From: Chloroflexota bacterium
GTDB lineage: Bacteria > Chloroflexota > Limnocylindria > P2-11E
Length of the DNA: 64,000 nucleotides
NCBI GenBank assembly: GCA_005881885.1
Contig: VBDX01000128.1
Location: 27,809 to 91,808 of the forward strand
Direction: 5' to 3'
Shown here piece by piece: positions 1 to 10,031 of this stretch (positions within the stretch are counted from its first letter, which is position 1; each line of letters begins with the position of its first letter). Position numbers and translations under genes: made by a program. A model generated the notes under the pieces. That model was not told the DNA's origin. It did not search any database and saw only the letters and a program-made list of their open reading frames with translations.

Positions 1-351
1 AATGTGCTGAGTGAGGTCATCGGCGGAAGCAAATTGGAGCGGCTCGTAGATGAGCGGCTGGCCGACGACCGCCGGCGCGACCGCGCGCATTACGGCGACG
101 GCCAGAGCGGCGATCACCCCTCCGGCGGCTGCCCCGATCGCGGCTCCGCGGAGGGAGCCGGCTCGCCGCAGACCGATCGACGCGGCGTCGAGTCGGAGAA
201 GCCGCGCGGCGGCCAGCGACAAGATGAGGAGGGCCGCGCCCGCCACAACGAACTGCCAGCTCCCACCGGGTAGCAGTGCGGTAGGCCCGATGAGCGGATG
301 GAGGAGGTTGCCCCAGAGGATGAGAAACGCCGCGAACAGCCAGATCTTCAC
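1..351 (-). CDS. Membrane protein, probably CPBP (CAAX/Abi) intramembrane protease, N-terminal part; runs off the window edge
   Basis: Manual translation from GTG at 351: MKIWLFAAFLILWGNLLHPLIG...LDAASIGLRR...IYEPLQFASADDLTQHI, open to base 1. Three hydrophobic segments and a typical IGLR motif; the catalytic EExxxR motif is outside the window. Not in the ORF track. Confidence 0.55.
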   Translation of the reverse strand, partial: MKIWLFAAFLILWGNLLHPLIGPTALLPGGSWQFVVAGAALLILSLAAARLLRLDAASIGLRRAGSLRGAAIGAAAGGVIAALAVAVMRAVAPAVVGQPLIYEPLQFASADDLTQHI

Positions 352-370
352 GAGACGTGAGCGCGGGGTG

Positions 371-451
371 TTAGTGGATGGTGAGTCCGGCGACGATGGT
401 GGGGAGCAGCGCTAGCACCGCGAGAGTGATCAGGCGTAGCGCGTTCTTCAT
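371..451 (-). CDS. 26-aa hydrophobic peptide MKNALRLITLAVLALLPTIVAGLTIH
   Basis: ATG..TAA ORF filling the gap between mfd and the CPBP-like gene; basic N-terminus followed by a hydrophobic core; no clear SD. Confidence 0.5.
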   Translation of the reverse strand: MKNALRLITLAVLALLPTIVAGLTIH

Positions 452-505
452 CGTGATGTGGGACGATGACAGAACGCTGCCTCTTGTGGTTGCACGCGCG
501 TCTCA

Positions 506-3500
506 TCAGGCGGCGAGTCGGTCGAGCAATCCGGTGAGAGCGTCGCGCCAATCGCCCTTCGCATCGAGCACCGAAAGTCGGACCTGTCGCTGGCCCGCCT
601 GCGCGCGAGGGAACGAACGGACGACTCGCTCGCGTTCGGCTGGCTGTATGTCTCGTCCTAGTACTACGCGCAGCTCGGCGCCGCGCGCGCGCACTTCGGT
701 CGCGCCGGCCCTCACCGCACGGATCTTGACCTCGACCCCGTACAGGAGGTTTCGTACCGGTTCGGGCGGCGCTCCGTAACGATCGCGGAGCTCCTCGCGG
801 AGCCCGCCGAGGTCGTCCAGGGTCGCGAGGCCCGCGATCCGCCGATAAAGCTCGAGCTTGCGCTGGCGGCTGGGTACGTACTCGTCGGGGATGGCGGTCG
901 AGAGCGCCAGATCGACCGTGATCTCCGGCAGGGCGGCCGCCCGGGGCGCGCCTCGCTGCTCGTTGACCGCCTCCTCGAGGAGCTGGGTGTAGAGCTCGAA
1001 CCCCACAGCGGTGACGTGACCGTGCTGCTCGGCGCCCAGGATGTTCCCGGCGCCGCGGATCTCGAGGTCGTGCATCGCGATCTTGAAGCCCGCGCCAAGC
1101 TCGCTCGCCTCGAAGACCGCTTGCAGGCGCTTGCGTGCCTGCTCGGTCAGGTGCTGCTCTTTTGTGTAGAGAAGGTAGGCGTAGGCCTTCTCGGCGCTCC
1201 GGCCGACCCTGCCGCGGAGCTGGTAGAGCTGGGCCAGGCCGAGTGTGCCGGCGCGGTTGATGACGATCGTGTTGACGTTCGGGATGTCCAGGCCGGACTC
1301 GATGATCGTCGTGCAGACGAGCACGTCGTGCTCGGCGTCGGCGAACTCCACCATGACCCGCTCGAGCTTGCGCTCGTCCATCTGGCCATGCGCGACGACG
1401 TAGCGCGCGGTCGGGACGAGCTGGCGCAGGCGGTGGGCTTCCTGCTCGATGCCCTGGACCCGGTTGTGGACGTAGTAGACCTGGCCCCCGCGATCGACCT
1501 CGCGCACGATCGCCTCGCGCAGGACGTCGTCGCTCCGTTCGACGACGTGCGTCTCGATCGGCTGTCTATTCTCGGGCGGAGTCTCGATCACGCTGATGTC
1601 ACGCACGCCGGAGAGCGCCATGTGGAGCGTGCGGGGGATCGGCGTCGCGGTCATCGAGAGCACGTCGACCTCGGTGCGCATCTGCTTGAGCCGCTCCTTG
1701 TGCTTCACGCCGAAGCGGTGCTCCTCATCGATGACCACCAGGCCGAGATCGCGGAAATGCACGTCCTTCTGCAGCACCCGGTGCGTGCCGACCACGATGT
1801 CGATCTCGCCCGTGCCGAGTGCAGCGGCCACCGCGCGCTGCTCGACCGGCGAACGGAAGCGCGAGAGCATCTCGACGCTGACCGGGAAGGTCGCGAGCCG
1901 CTCGGCAAACGTCTCGTAGTGCTGCTGGGCCAGGACCGTCGTCGGCACGACGATCGCGACCTGCTTCCCGTCCTGGACCGCCTTGAAGGACGCCCGCAGC
2001 GCGACCTCCGTCTTGCCATACCCGACGTCGCCGACGATCAGCCGGTCCATCGGCCGGCCGCGCTCCATATCGCGCTTGGTGTCCTCGATGGCCTGCAGCT
2101 GGTCGGGTGTTTCCGTGTACGGGAAGGCGTTCTCCATCTCGATCTGCCACGGGGTGTCGCGTCCGAACGCGAACCCCTGCGTCGCCTCGCGCGCCGCGTA
2201 GAGACGCAAGAGCTCGCGCGCGATCTCCTCCGCGGCCTTCTTCGCTTTGCGCTTCGTCGCGAGCCACTCGCGGCCGCCGAGCGTTGATAGGCCCGGAGGC
2301 GTCCCGCCGACGTAGCGGGTGACCTTGTCGACCCGCTCGGTGGGGAGCGCGACCACGTCCGTGCCGGCGAAACGGAGCTCGAGGTACTCGCGCACGACCC
2401 CGGCCACCTCGCGCGTGACGAAGCGCTCGAACCGCGCGATGCCGTGGTCCTCGTGCACGACGTGGTCTCCGGGCTTGAGGTCCGCGAGGAAAGAGCCCAT
2501 CTGCACGCGCCGGCGGCGCCGCTCCGGGTGACGGGGTTTCCGGAAGCCGAAGACCTCGGCGTCGGTGAAGACGCGCAGGTCGAGCTCGGGGACGGCGAAG
2601 CCCTCCGCGAGTGGCACCCGCGCCACGACGAGCGAGCCCGCCGCCGGCGAGTCTTCTACCGTCTCGCGCGCTACCGCTTGGATATCCCGGTCGGCGAGAA
2701 GCTCGGCGAGGCGGGCCGCCTGCGGGGTCGCGACGAGGCGCGTTCCACCGCCTGAGCCCGCGACCTCGCGGAGGAACTGGTCGAGCCGCCCCGCGTAGCT
2801 CGTCAGGCCCGACCAGCCAAGGCGCACGGCGCCCCGCGCGGGCCGCACGCGGACGGCGCCGTGCCGCTCGGCGAGCTCTTCGACACGCGATCGAGACACG
2901 TACGGGGGCGGGAAGACACTGACCGGGAGCCCCTGGCCGGCGAGCTCATCCCTTTTCTCTTCGGCCTGCGCCTCGAGCGCGTCGTGCGCGAGCTCGAGCT
3001 CTACGGTGTCCTCGAATACGACGGTCGCGCGATCGCCGAGGTGATCGAGGAGCGACGCGGTCGCGCCCAGAGGTGGAGCAAAGGCATCGGCGCCGGGCGT
3101 GTACCCGCCCTCGCGCAGGGAATCGACCAGACGCGCGTAGGGCGAAAGGTCGGCACCATCAGGGGGCTCCGCCGCCCGGCCCCCGCCCCCCGGCCAATTC
3201 GCTGAGGCCAGACGCTCGGCGAGCTCGGGCGCACGCTCCATCGAGAATTCGCGGGCCGGCAAGACGACGAGTTGATCCTGGGGCGATTGCGAGCGCTGCG
3301 TGACCGGATCGAACGCGCGGAGCGTCTCGATCTCGTCGCCGAAGAGCTCGACGCGAGCGGGCTGCTCGGCCGAGGCCGGATAGATGTCGATGATCCCGCC
3401 GCGCCGCGAGAAGGTGCCCGGCTCGCTCACCTCCGTGACCGGCTCGTAGCCGAGATCGAAGAGCCACGCCGCCGTCTCCTGCCAGGAGAGCCGATCGCCC

Positions 3501-3991
3501 GCGCGAAGGGTGCGACCGCGTCGCGCGAGCTCCTCGGGCGGGATGGTGTGCTCAAGCAACGCGCGCAAGCTCGTGACGACGGCGACCGGAGCTTGCGCGC
3601 TCGCGAGCCGCCACAGCGTGAGGAGCCGCTGGTGCACCGCCGTGCCCGACGGCGCACTCACCTCAAACGGCATCGTCTCGCGCTCCGGGAACGCGAGGAC
3701 GCGTTCGTCGCCGAGCCACCCGGCGAGCTCCGCGCGCCAGCGGCGCGCGCGATCTTCGCTCGGTGCGACGAGAGCGATGGTGCGGCCGCTGTTCGCGACC
3801 AGCGCCGACCACGCGAACGCGCGCGCGCCGGCGGTCGCGTCCGTGACCGAGACGCTCTCGCGATCCCCGAGCCGTGAGGCGAGCTCGCGGTAACGCTCGC
3901 TGCGCTCGGCGAGTGCGACGATCCCACCGAGCCGCACGCTGGACAGCGTGGGGGTGGTGGAAGGGGCAAAGGCCCCTCCAAGGTCAGCCAT
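506..3991 (-). CDS. mfd: Transcription-repair coupling factor
   Basis: UvrB-like N-terminus, CarD-like RID (DHVVHEDHGI), GDVGYGKT, DEEHRFG, SMTATPIPRT, QLRGRVGR, TRCF domain; start set at the ATG overlapping the pth stop. Confidence 0.97.
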   Translation of the reverse strand: MADLGGAFAPSTTPTLSSVRLGGIVALAERSERYRELASRLGDRESVSVTDATAGARAFAWSALVANSGRTIALVAPSEDRARRWRAELAGWLGDERVLAFPERETMPFEVSAPSGTAVHQRLLTLWRLASAQAPVAVVTSLRALLEHTIPPEELARRGRTLRAGDRLSWQETAAWLFDLGYEPVTEVSEPGTFSRRGGIIDIYPASAEQPARVELFGDEIETLRAFDPVTQRSQSPQDQLVVLPAREFSMERAPELAERLASANWPGGGGRAAEPPDGADLSPYARLVDSLREGGYTPGADAFAPPLGATASLLDHLGDRATVVFEDTVELELAHDALEAQAEEKRDELAGQGLPVSVFPPPYVSRSRVEELAERHGAVRVRPARGAVRLGWSGLTSYAGRLDQFLREVAGSGGGTRLVATPQAARLAELLADRDIQAVARETVEDSPAAGSLVVARVPLAEGFAVPELDLRVFTDAEVFGFRKPRHPERRRRRVQMGSFLADLKPGDHVVHEDHGIARFERFVTREVAGVVREYLELRFAGTDVVALPTERVDKVTRYVGGTPPGLSTLGGREWLATKRKAKKAAEEIARELLRLYAAREATQGFAFGRDTPWQIEMENAFPYTETPDQLQAIEDTKRDMERGRPMDRLIVGDVGYGKTEVALRASFKAVQDGKQVAIVVPTTVLAQQHYETFAERLATFPVSVEMLSRFRSPVEQRAVAAALGTGEIDIVVGTHRVLQKDVHFRDLGLVVIDEEHRFGVKHKERLKQMRTEVDVLSMTATPIPRTLHMALSGVRDISVIETPPENRQPIETHVVERSDDVLREAIVREVDRGGQVYYVHNRVQGIEQEAHRLRQLVPTARYVVAHGQMDERKLERVMVEFADAEHDVLVCTTIIESGLDIPNVNTIVINRAGTLGLAQLYQLRGRVGRSAEKAYAYLLYTKEQHLTEQARKRLQAVFEASELGAGFKIAMHDLEIRGAGNILGAEQHGHVTAVGFELYTQLLEEAVNEQRGAPRAAALPEITVDLALSTAIPDEYVPSRQRKLELYRRIAGLATLDDLGGLREELRDRYGAPPEPVRNLLYGVEVKIRAVRAGATEVRARGAELRVVLGRDIQPAERERVVRSFPRAQAGQRQVRLSVLDAKGDWRDALTGLLDRLAA

Positions 3992-4604
3992 TGAACCGCT
4001 CCATCGCACGTGGCAGGCCCTCGCGGACCGCGACCTCGACAGCCTCTGCCGCACGCGCGAAGGTCGCCTCGGCGGTCGCCCGTTCGTCGGCGGCGAAGGG
4101 CGTCAGGACGTACTCGACGAGATCGGGGATCTCGGCGGCTGGATCGGTCGGCGCCACACCGACGCGCAGACGCGGAAAGTCCTCGCCGATGGCCGACACG
4201 ATCGAGCGCATGCCGTTGTGGGTACCCGGACCGCCGCGCTCGCGCAGGCGGATCTTGCCGAGTGGAAGGTCCACCTCATCGAAGATCACGAGGAGGGCGG
4301 CTGGATCGACGCGATAGCGATCGAGCAGCTTGCGGACCGCGCGGCCGGAGTCGTTCATGAAAGTCTGCGGACGAGCGATCGCGATCCGCACGCCGTCGAT
4401 CGCGCCTTCGGCAATGCGGGAGTCCGCCGCTTTCAGAGCGAATTCCGCGCGCGAGCGCTTCGCAAGCCGCGACGCCACCTGAAAGCCCGCGTTATGACGC
4501 GTCGCCGCGTAACCCTCGCCGGGGTTGCCGAGCCCCACGACGATGCGGTCCACGCGCGGCGGCGAGGCAGCACCTCGACCGAACAGCTTCGCGAATCGCG
4601 CCAT
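3984..4604 (-). CDS. pth: Peptidyl-tRNA hydrolase
   Basis: VGLGNPG..Y..TRHNAGF, PQTFMNDSG, GTHNGMRSI; conserved pth-mfd order. Confidence 0.96.
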   Translation of the reverse strand: MARFAKLFGRGAASPPRVDRIVVGLGNPGEGYAATRHNAGFQVASRLAKRSRAEFALKAADSRIAEGAIDGVRIAIARPQTFMNDSGRAVRKLLDRYRVDPAALLVIFDEVDLPLGKIRLRERGGPGTHNGMRSIVSAIGEDFPRLRVGVAPTDPAAEIPDLVEYVLTPFAADERATAEATFARAAEAVEVAVREGLPRAMERFNG

Positions 4605-4657
4605 CGAGCCTCCAAAACGCCGAAACGCCCCGTCCACTCGGACGGGGCCACGGACGC

Positions 4658-5530
4658 TTATTTCAGATCAACGATAGCGTCCGCGAGCGCGCGGGTGGAG
4701 CGCTCGGTGATCGGATCGACCACCAGGATCGCCTCGTCTGCCCCGGCCGCCTCGAGCGCGCGGAGATGCGAGGCGAGCTTTTCAACTCTGACCGGCGGAA
4801 CCTCGTGCGGCCGCTCGCTCGCACCGTCCTCCGCGGTGACCAGGACGCATGCGCTGTACCTCACCTCACCGGGCTGCCGACCAGCTCGCCGGCAGGCAGC
4901 ATCGATCTCGAGACGGCGCGACGCGAAACCTTCGGGGCTGTTGCCATACCAGCTGTACCAGGTGTTCCACACATCGACGTGCGGAAGGGCGATCCCGAGC
5001 ATTCGCGCTCCACTGGACCCGAGCATCAGCGGTATGCGACGCGGCGGTCGGGGTAGGAGCACCGCGTCGTCGACACTGTGAAACCGGCCGTGGAATGTGA
5101 CGCGCTCTCCGGCGATCAAGCGGCGGACGATCTCGAACGCCTCCTCGAACCGAGAAGCCAGCCGGTCGTAAGGGATCCCGAATGCCCGAAACTCAGGCTC
5201 GTTCCAGCCCGCGCCGAGACCGAGCACGAGCCGCCCACCGCTCACTTCGTCGACGGAGGCGGCCATGCGGGCCAGGATTCCCGGGGCGTGGAACGCCGTC
5301 GCGGCAACGAGCGGGCCGAGTTGGACTCGCGACGTGATCACCGCCAGCGCGGCGAGCTGGGTCCAGGCATCCCAGGGTCCGCGGTCGGGCCGCTTGTCGC
5401 TGCGGTAGAGCAGATGGTCGCCCACCCAGATCGATTCGAAGCCCGAGTCCTCCGCGGCACGCGCGATCGCGACGACCTCCGGCCAGCGCACCTCGCGCTC
5501 GACCTCGGGTAGCTGAATTCCGATGCGCAC
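4658..5530 (-). CDS. LLM class flavin-dependent oxidoreductase
   Basis: GFESIWVGDH, SGGRLVLGLGAGW luciferase-like motifs. Confidence 0.9.
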   Translation of the reverse strand: MRIGIQLPEVEREVRWPEVVAIARAAEDSGFESIWVGDHLLYRSDKRPDRGPWDAWTQLAALAVITSRVQLGPLVAATAFHAPGILARMAASVDEVSGGRLVLGLGAGWNEPEFRAFGIPYDRLASRFEEAFEIVRRLIAGERVTFHGRFHSVDDAVLLPRPPRRIPLMLGSSGARMLGIALPHVDVWNTWYSWYGNSPEGFASRRLEIDAACRRAGRQPGEVRYSACVLVTAEDGASERPHEVPPVRVEKLASHLRALEAAGADEAILVVDPITERSTRALADAIVDLK

Positions 5531-5644
5531 GGCGCTCGACGATATCGCTGCGAGACCGACGCCTTCGCTGCCCGGATCTTTTCGGTCGGGGAATGGATCG
5601 GACGACCCTGCCCTATCAGGATGGCGAAGTGCGCGCGGTTCGTC

Positions 5645-6421
5645 TTATGGCCGGCAGCTGGATGAGGGCAGGGTCGGTCGGGGTTGCGGTGTTGGACCCG
5701 AAACGAATACGTACGCCGCGCCGGCCCACCGATATTGTCGTCCCACCTCGCCTTCCTGGATCCTCGACGCGCCGACCGCCCGGGTCCAGACCATAAGATC
5801 GCCGCGCGTCGTCAGGTCGATCAGCTCCCCCTCCATCACCTCAGCGACGCTGCATCCATCCCAAGCGACGACTCGGCTCAACGCCGTGCAACACACGAAA
5901 CCGGGCGGCAGGTTGACGGTCACGAACGTGTAGGCGAACTGCTCGCTGAGGCTGTCCGCGGGGCGGAAGGTCTTGACCCATCGGAGTTCCAATGCCGGAC
6001 GCATCTCCGCGGCCGTCGGCTCATACGGCCAGGAATGCGTAACGTCCGGATACTCCGCGCCGCCCACCGTCCGCTTCCAGATCTGCAGCTCGTCGTACAG
6101 GCGACCGTCGCGTTGGACGAGCTCCAACGACACGCGTAGCGGCGCAGTCCCCGGAATGAACGCAACACGCGCCAGCTCCTGACAGAGCGTAAATGGGACC
6201 CCCTCGGCAAAGGACGGGGGAAGGATGGGCGGGGGGTTCGAGGGACAGTTCACCGCTGTCGCCGGGACGACCGGCGATGCGGCCGGCGACGCGGCCGGCG
6301 ACGCGGCTACGAACGGCAGAGCCGTGACCGGAGGGATGAAGGTCGGTGACGTGCGTTCGCGCGCGCCACAGCCCGTCAAGACGAACAGGGCGACGACAAG
6401 TGCGGCCATCCGTCGATCCAC
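5645..6421 (-). CDS. Hypothetical lipoprotein
   Basis: Lipobox LTGC, Pro/Ala-rich linker (ASPA repeats), several Cys. Confidence 0.65.
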   Translation of the reverse strand: MDRRMAALVVALFVLTGCGARERTSPTFIPPVTALPFVAASPAASPAASPVVPATAVNCPSNPPPILPPSFAEGVPFTLCQELARVAFIPGTAPLRVSLELVQRDGRLYDELQIWKRTVGGAEYPDVTHSWPYEPTAAEMRPALELRWVKTFRPADSLSEQFAYTFVTVNLPPGFVCCTALSRVVAWDGCSVAEVMEGELIDLTTRGDLMVWTRAVGASRIQEGEVGRQYRWAGAAYVFVSGPTPQPRPTLPSSSCRP

Positions 6422-6511
6422 GAAAGGGATGATGGCCGTCGTCGGTCTCAGATCGGCATCGGGCCGACGTATCGTGCGTCGATGGATGGTCGCTACCGCG
6501 AACCAAACGTG

Positions 6512-7129
6512 ATGCGTTTCGCCGCGGCGTTCGCGCTCACGGCGATCGCCGCCGCGAGCTGCGCGCGGTCGAGCCCGCCGGCGACCGCGCCCGCCACCGC
6601 GAGCCAGGCCGTCCGCAGTGCGCCCCAGAAAGTGATACTCCAGGCCTCGGACGTCCCCGCCGATTACCTGCTCGAGACGGACGATGCGATGAGCCCACAG
6701 CAGCTCGCCGACGGCCTCTCCACGAGCACCAAGATGCTCGAGCAGCGCGGCGCCTCGGGCTACGTCCGCGCGTTCAAGCAGCCCGATCAGCAGTTCCGCT
6801 GCTGCCTCATCGACAGCATCCTGATCACGACGAGTGATGCGAACGCTGCGAGGGCCGTCTTCGTGGACTTCCGTGCGAGCGCCCTTGCCCTGGGGTCGAC
6901 CGAGACGGACCTCGGCGAGAAGGTGGGCGATGATTCACGCGTGCTCGTATTCCAACAGCCGACCGCCGACGGCGACGACCTCACGACCATGACGGTCCTC
7001 TTCCGATACGCGAATGTCGTGGACGCGGTGGAAGTGACGGGGCGCCCCGGGTCGTTTGAGCGCTTTTACGTTCTCGATTTCGCGAGGAAACAGCTCGCGC
7101 GGCTGCGTGCGGACCTGGAGCGCACCTGA
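6512..7129 (+). CDS. Hypothetical lipoprotein
   Basis: MRFAAAFALTAIAAASC signal/lipobox; TGATG coupling to the next gene. Confidence 0.7.
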   Translation: MRFAAAFALTAIAAASCARSSPPATAPATASQAVRSAPQKVILQASDVPADYLLETDDAMSPQQLADGLSTSTKMLEQRGASGYVRAFKQPDQQFRCCLIDSILITTSDANAARAVFVDFRASALALGSTETDLGEKVGDDSRVLVFQQPTADGDDLTTMTVLFRYANVVDAVEVTGRPGSFERFYVLDFARKQLARLRADLERT

Positions 7130-8229
7130 TGCGTTTCCCACGCTTCGACATGGAGCGCATGCAGTCCACCTGGGAGCACAAGATCCGCTACGACCTCTCC
7201 GAGTCCGGTGTCGAAGCGCTCACGCTCGAGGAGATCACGCGCGATCCGAAGGAGCTGATGCGCACCGGGCTCGGCTACGCCGAGGGCGTCGGCCGAGAGG
7301 CGACTCGCGCTCTCGTTGCGTCATTCCACGCCGGCCGCGCGGCCGACGATGTCGTGATCACCACGGGTACGAGCGAGGCGAACTTCCTCGCGCTCGCGAC
7401 GCTCGTGTCCACCGGCGACGAGGTCGTCGTCGTCATGCCGAACTACATGCAAGTGCACGGCATCGCAACCGGCATGCGAGCGCGCGTGCGCGAGGTCTGG
7501 TTACGCGAGGAACATGGTTGGACGATCGACCTCGATGCGCTTCGCGTCGCGGTCAATGCTCGGACCCGCGTCATCTGCGTCTGCCAACCGAACAATCCGA
7601 CGGGCCAGATCCTCTCGCAGGGCGAGGTCGCCGAGATCGTTCGGGTCGCCGACCGTCACGGTACGTGGATCCTCGCGGACGAGGTCTATCGCGGCGCGGA
7701 GCGATCGGGCGAAGAGAGCCCGACGTTCAGCGGACGCGGCGAGCGGATCATCGTGACCGGCGGGCTCTCCAAGGTCTATGGGTTGCCGGGCCTGCGGATT
7801 GGCTGGCTCGTCGCGCCACCGGAGCGGGTCGAGGACGCGCTCGAGATCAAGGACTACACCACCATCGCTCCCGCGACGATCTCCGAGGTGCTCGCGGAGA
7901 TCGCGCTCGAGCGGCGCAAGCAGCTCCTCGAGCGCGCGCGGTTCTTGGTCAACGACCGCTGGCCGATGCTCGAGGATTGGGCCGGCGGCCGCTCGCGCGA
8001 GCTTCACTGGACCGCGCCGGCCGCGGGCGCGATCTGCTTCTTCAGCTACAAGTACCCGATCGATTCGATGGCGCTCGTGGATCGGCTCATCCGCGAGTAC
8101 AGCACGATGATCGTCCCCGGCATCCATTTCCGCGCGGAGCGTCACTTGCGCATCGGGTTCGGCATGGTTCCACGCGTTCTTCACTCCGGTCTCGCGGCGA
8201 TCGACCGTCTGCTGACGTCGCTCGACTGA
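7129..8229 (+). CDS. PLP-dependent aminotransferase class I/II
   Basis: PNNPTG, ADEVYRG, GLSKVYGLPGLRIGW (PLP lysine). Confidence 0.93.
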   Translation: MRFPRFDMERMQSTWEHKIRYDLSESGVEALTLEEITRDPKELMRTGLGYAEGVGREATRALVASFHAGRAADDVVITTGTSEANFLALATLVSTGDEVVVVMPNYMQVHGIATGMRARVREVWLREEHGWTIDLDALRVAVNARTRVICVCQPNNPTGQILSQGEVAEIVRVADRHGTWILADEVYRGAERSGEESPTFSGRGERIIVTGGLSKVYGLPGLRIGWLVAPPERVEDALEIKDYTTIAPATISEVLAEIALERRKQLLERARFLVNDRWPMLEDWAGGRSRELHWTAPAAGAICFFSYKYPIDSMALVDRLIREYSTMIVPGIHFRAERHLRIGFGMVPRVLHSGLAAIDRLLTSLD

Positions 8230-8281
8230 ACGGCACAGAGGTTGCACGACCGCCGGGCAAGCTCGCACCCGGGAGGTCGGC

Positions 8282-8428
8282 ATGACCATCACGATCTCGC
8301 TCATCCTCGTGGTCGTCGCACTCATCTGCGGCATCCTCATGCTCGTATCGGGCCGCTGGTCTCGCTATCCGCTCGCCGCGATCGCGATCATCTGCCTGGC
8401 GCTCAATCAGAGCGGTTTCATCAAATAG
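8282..8428 (+). CDS. 48-aa two-TM small membrane protein
   Basis: GGGAGG SD 5 nt before ATG; MTITISLILVVVALICGILMLVSGRWSRYPLAAIAIICLALNQSGFIK; absent from the ORF track. Confidence 0.75.
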   Translation: MTITISLILVVVALICGILMLVSGRWSRYPLAAIAIICLALNQSGFIK

Positions 8429-8473
8429 CCAAAACCCGGTAGCCGCGGTCGCCTGCCTGTTACCCGGGCTACC

Positions 8474-9322
8474 ATGCGCCCAGAAATGGCGGCTCGCCCG
8501 CTCCATCTGTTCGAGGCCGGCGTGGTCACCGAGCAGCAGTTCGTCGGTCTTGGGGAGGCGCCTGGCGTTCTCGCCCCGCTGCTCGCCGACCGCCTCGGCT
8601 GCGAGAAGCGGGTCCGCATCCCGTTCAACCCGCGCGATCGTTGGCTGACCGCGGCGCGCGAGGCCTGCCGCACGCTCGCCGACGGAGTGCTTGCCTCTTT
8701 GCGCGAGGGCGCAGGTACCGCGGTCATCGGCGGCGAGTGCACCCTCGTCGCCGGCGCGCTTTCGGGAGCGCTCGGCGCTGACCCGGAGATCTCGCTCGTG
8801 TACTTCGACGCGCACGGCGACTTCAACACCCTCGCGACCACACCGTCGCACTACGTGTCCGGGATGGTCCTCGCGCACCTCTGTGGCCGCTCGGTCGCGC
8901 CGCTCCTCTTCCCCGGCTCGCGGCGGATCGCCGAGGAGCGTGTGGCGCTCGTCGGCGCGCGCGCGCTCGATGGCGGCGAGAAGGGAAACCTCGATCGCTC
9001 GCGGGTGCTCCGGATCGCCTTCGACCCGGACCATTCGGAGGCGCCCGGACTCGGGGCGTGGGCGCGCCGCCGCTCGGTCTGGCTGCACGTCGACATCGAC
9101 GTCGTGGACCCGCGCGAATTCCCGGCCGTGGCCTTCGCCGCCGTCGGCGGGCCATCGCTGTCCTCGCTCGCCGACGTGCTCCGTCAGCTCTTCTCGGTCG
9201 CGGATGTGAAGGGCTTCTCGCTCTGTGGCTACGACGCGCGCGCGGATGCGAGCCGCAAGCTGGCGGCGCCGCTCGTCGACGTATTCGCGAACGCCATACC
9301 GAAGGTCCCGGTCCGGGCCTAA
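8474..9322 (+). CDS. Arginase/ureohydrolase family protein
   Basis: GGECT, YFDAHGDFNT, LHVDIDVVDP metal-binding motifs. Confidence 0.88.
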   Translation: MRPEMAARPLHLFEAGVVTEQQFVGLGEAPGVLAPLLADRLGCEKRVRIPFNPRDRWLTAAREACRTLADGVLASLREGAGTAVIGGECTLVAGALSGALGADPEISLVYFDAHGDFNTLATTPSHYVSGMVLAHLCGRSVAPLLFPGSRRIAEERVALVGARALDGGEKGNLDRSRVLRIAFDPDHSEAPGLGAWARRRSVWLHVDIDVVDPREFPAVAFAAVGGPSLSSLADVLRQLFSVADVKGFSLCGYDARADASRKLAAPLVDVFANAIPKVPVRA

Positions 9323-10023
9323 GCCTCGCGTCCCGCGCGCGCCGCGATCTCGCGGCGGTGCTCCCACTCGTGCTCGAGCATGCGGCGGATCACGCGGAAT
9401 GCCGAGTACGTCGACTGGCCGGTCCTACGCACCCGCTTGCGCTCGGCCGGCGTGAGCGCCGCGAGACGCGTGAGCGCGGCTCGCCGTGCTTCGGCAAGGG
9501 CGACCCGCAGATCCAGCTCGCCGCGCTCAGCGGCGTTCGTCGGATCGCCCATCGTCTTCAGGGGACTGACCAGCGCGTAGACGTAGCCCTTGTCCGCTGC
9601 CAGGACGTGCAAAAGGATGTCGTGAAGGGAGCGTCCCTTCGGTGGCTTGGCGCGAAGTCGCCGGTCGTCGATCCCCTTCACAAGGGCGAGCAGATCCTCG
9701 CGCGACCACTCGAGCCACCGCAGATAGCGAGCCAAATCGCTCGGGGCCAGCGGTCTCAGGTCCGGTGGAAAGATCGCCTGTCCGGAGAAGAGACCCTCGG
9801 TGTTGTGCTCGGCGACGCGCGTCCCGATCGTTTCGTTCGCGTCGACCTTCTCGCCGTGGCGCTTGAGGTACCGAAGGTACGCACGGATCGCGTCGGGTGT
9901 CGCCGACACCGCCTCGTCGGTCGTCTTGCCGTTCGCGACGCAGCCTAGGAGCTCGGGCACGTGGACGAGGGTGGTCTTCTTCTGCGGCCCCGACTCGAGA
10001 TAAAGGGCGTACGTATGGGTCGT
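9319..10023 (-). CDS. HicB-like N-terminal domain plus DinB-like domain protein; start uncertain
   Basis: YALYLESGP...VHVPELLGCVANGKTTDEA (HicB-like); DinB-like ILLHV...MLEHEWEH. The frame extends 21 codons upstream of the GTG at 9960 to an ACG. Confidence 0.75.
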   Translation of the reverse strand, partial: TTHTYALYLESGPQKKTTLVHVPELLGCVANGKTTDEAVSATPDAIRAYLRYLKRHGEKVDANETIGTRVAEHNTEGLFSGQAIFPPDLRPLAPSDLARYLRWLEWSREDLLALVKGIDDRRLRAKPPKGRSLHDILLHVLAADKGYVYALVSPLKTMGDPTNAAERGELDLRVALAEARRAALTRLAALTPAERKRVRRTGQSTYSAFRVIRRMLEHEWEHRREIAARAGREA

Positions 10024-10031
10024 CGAGGCCG

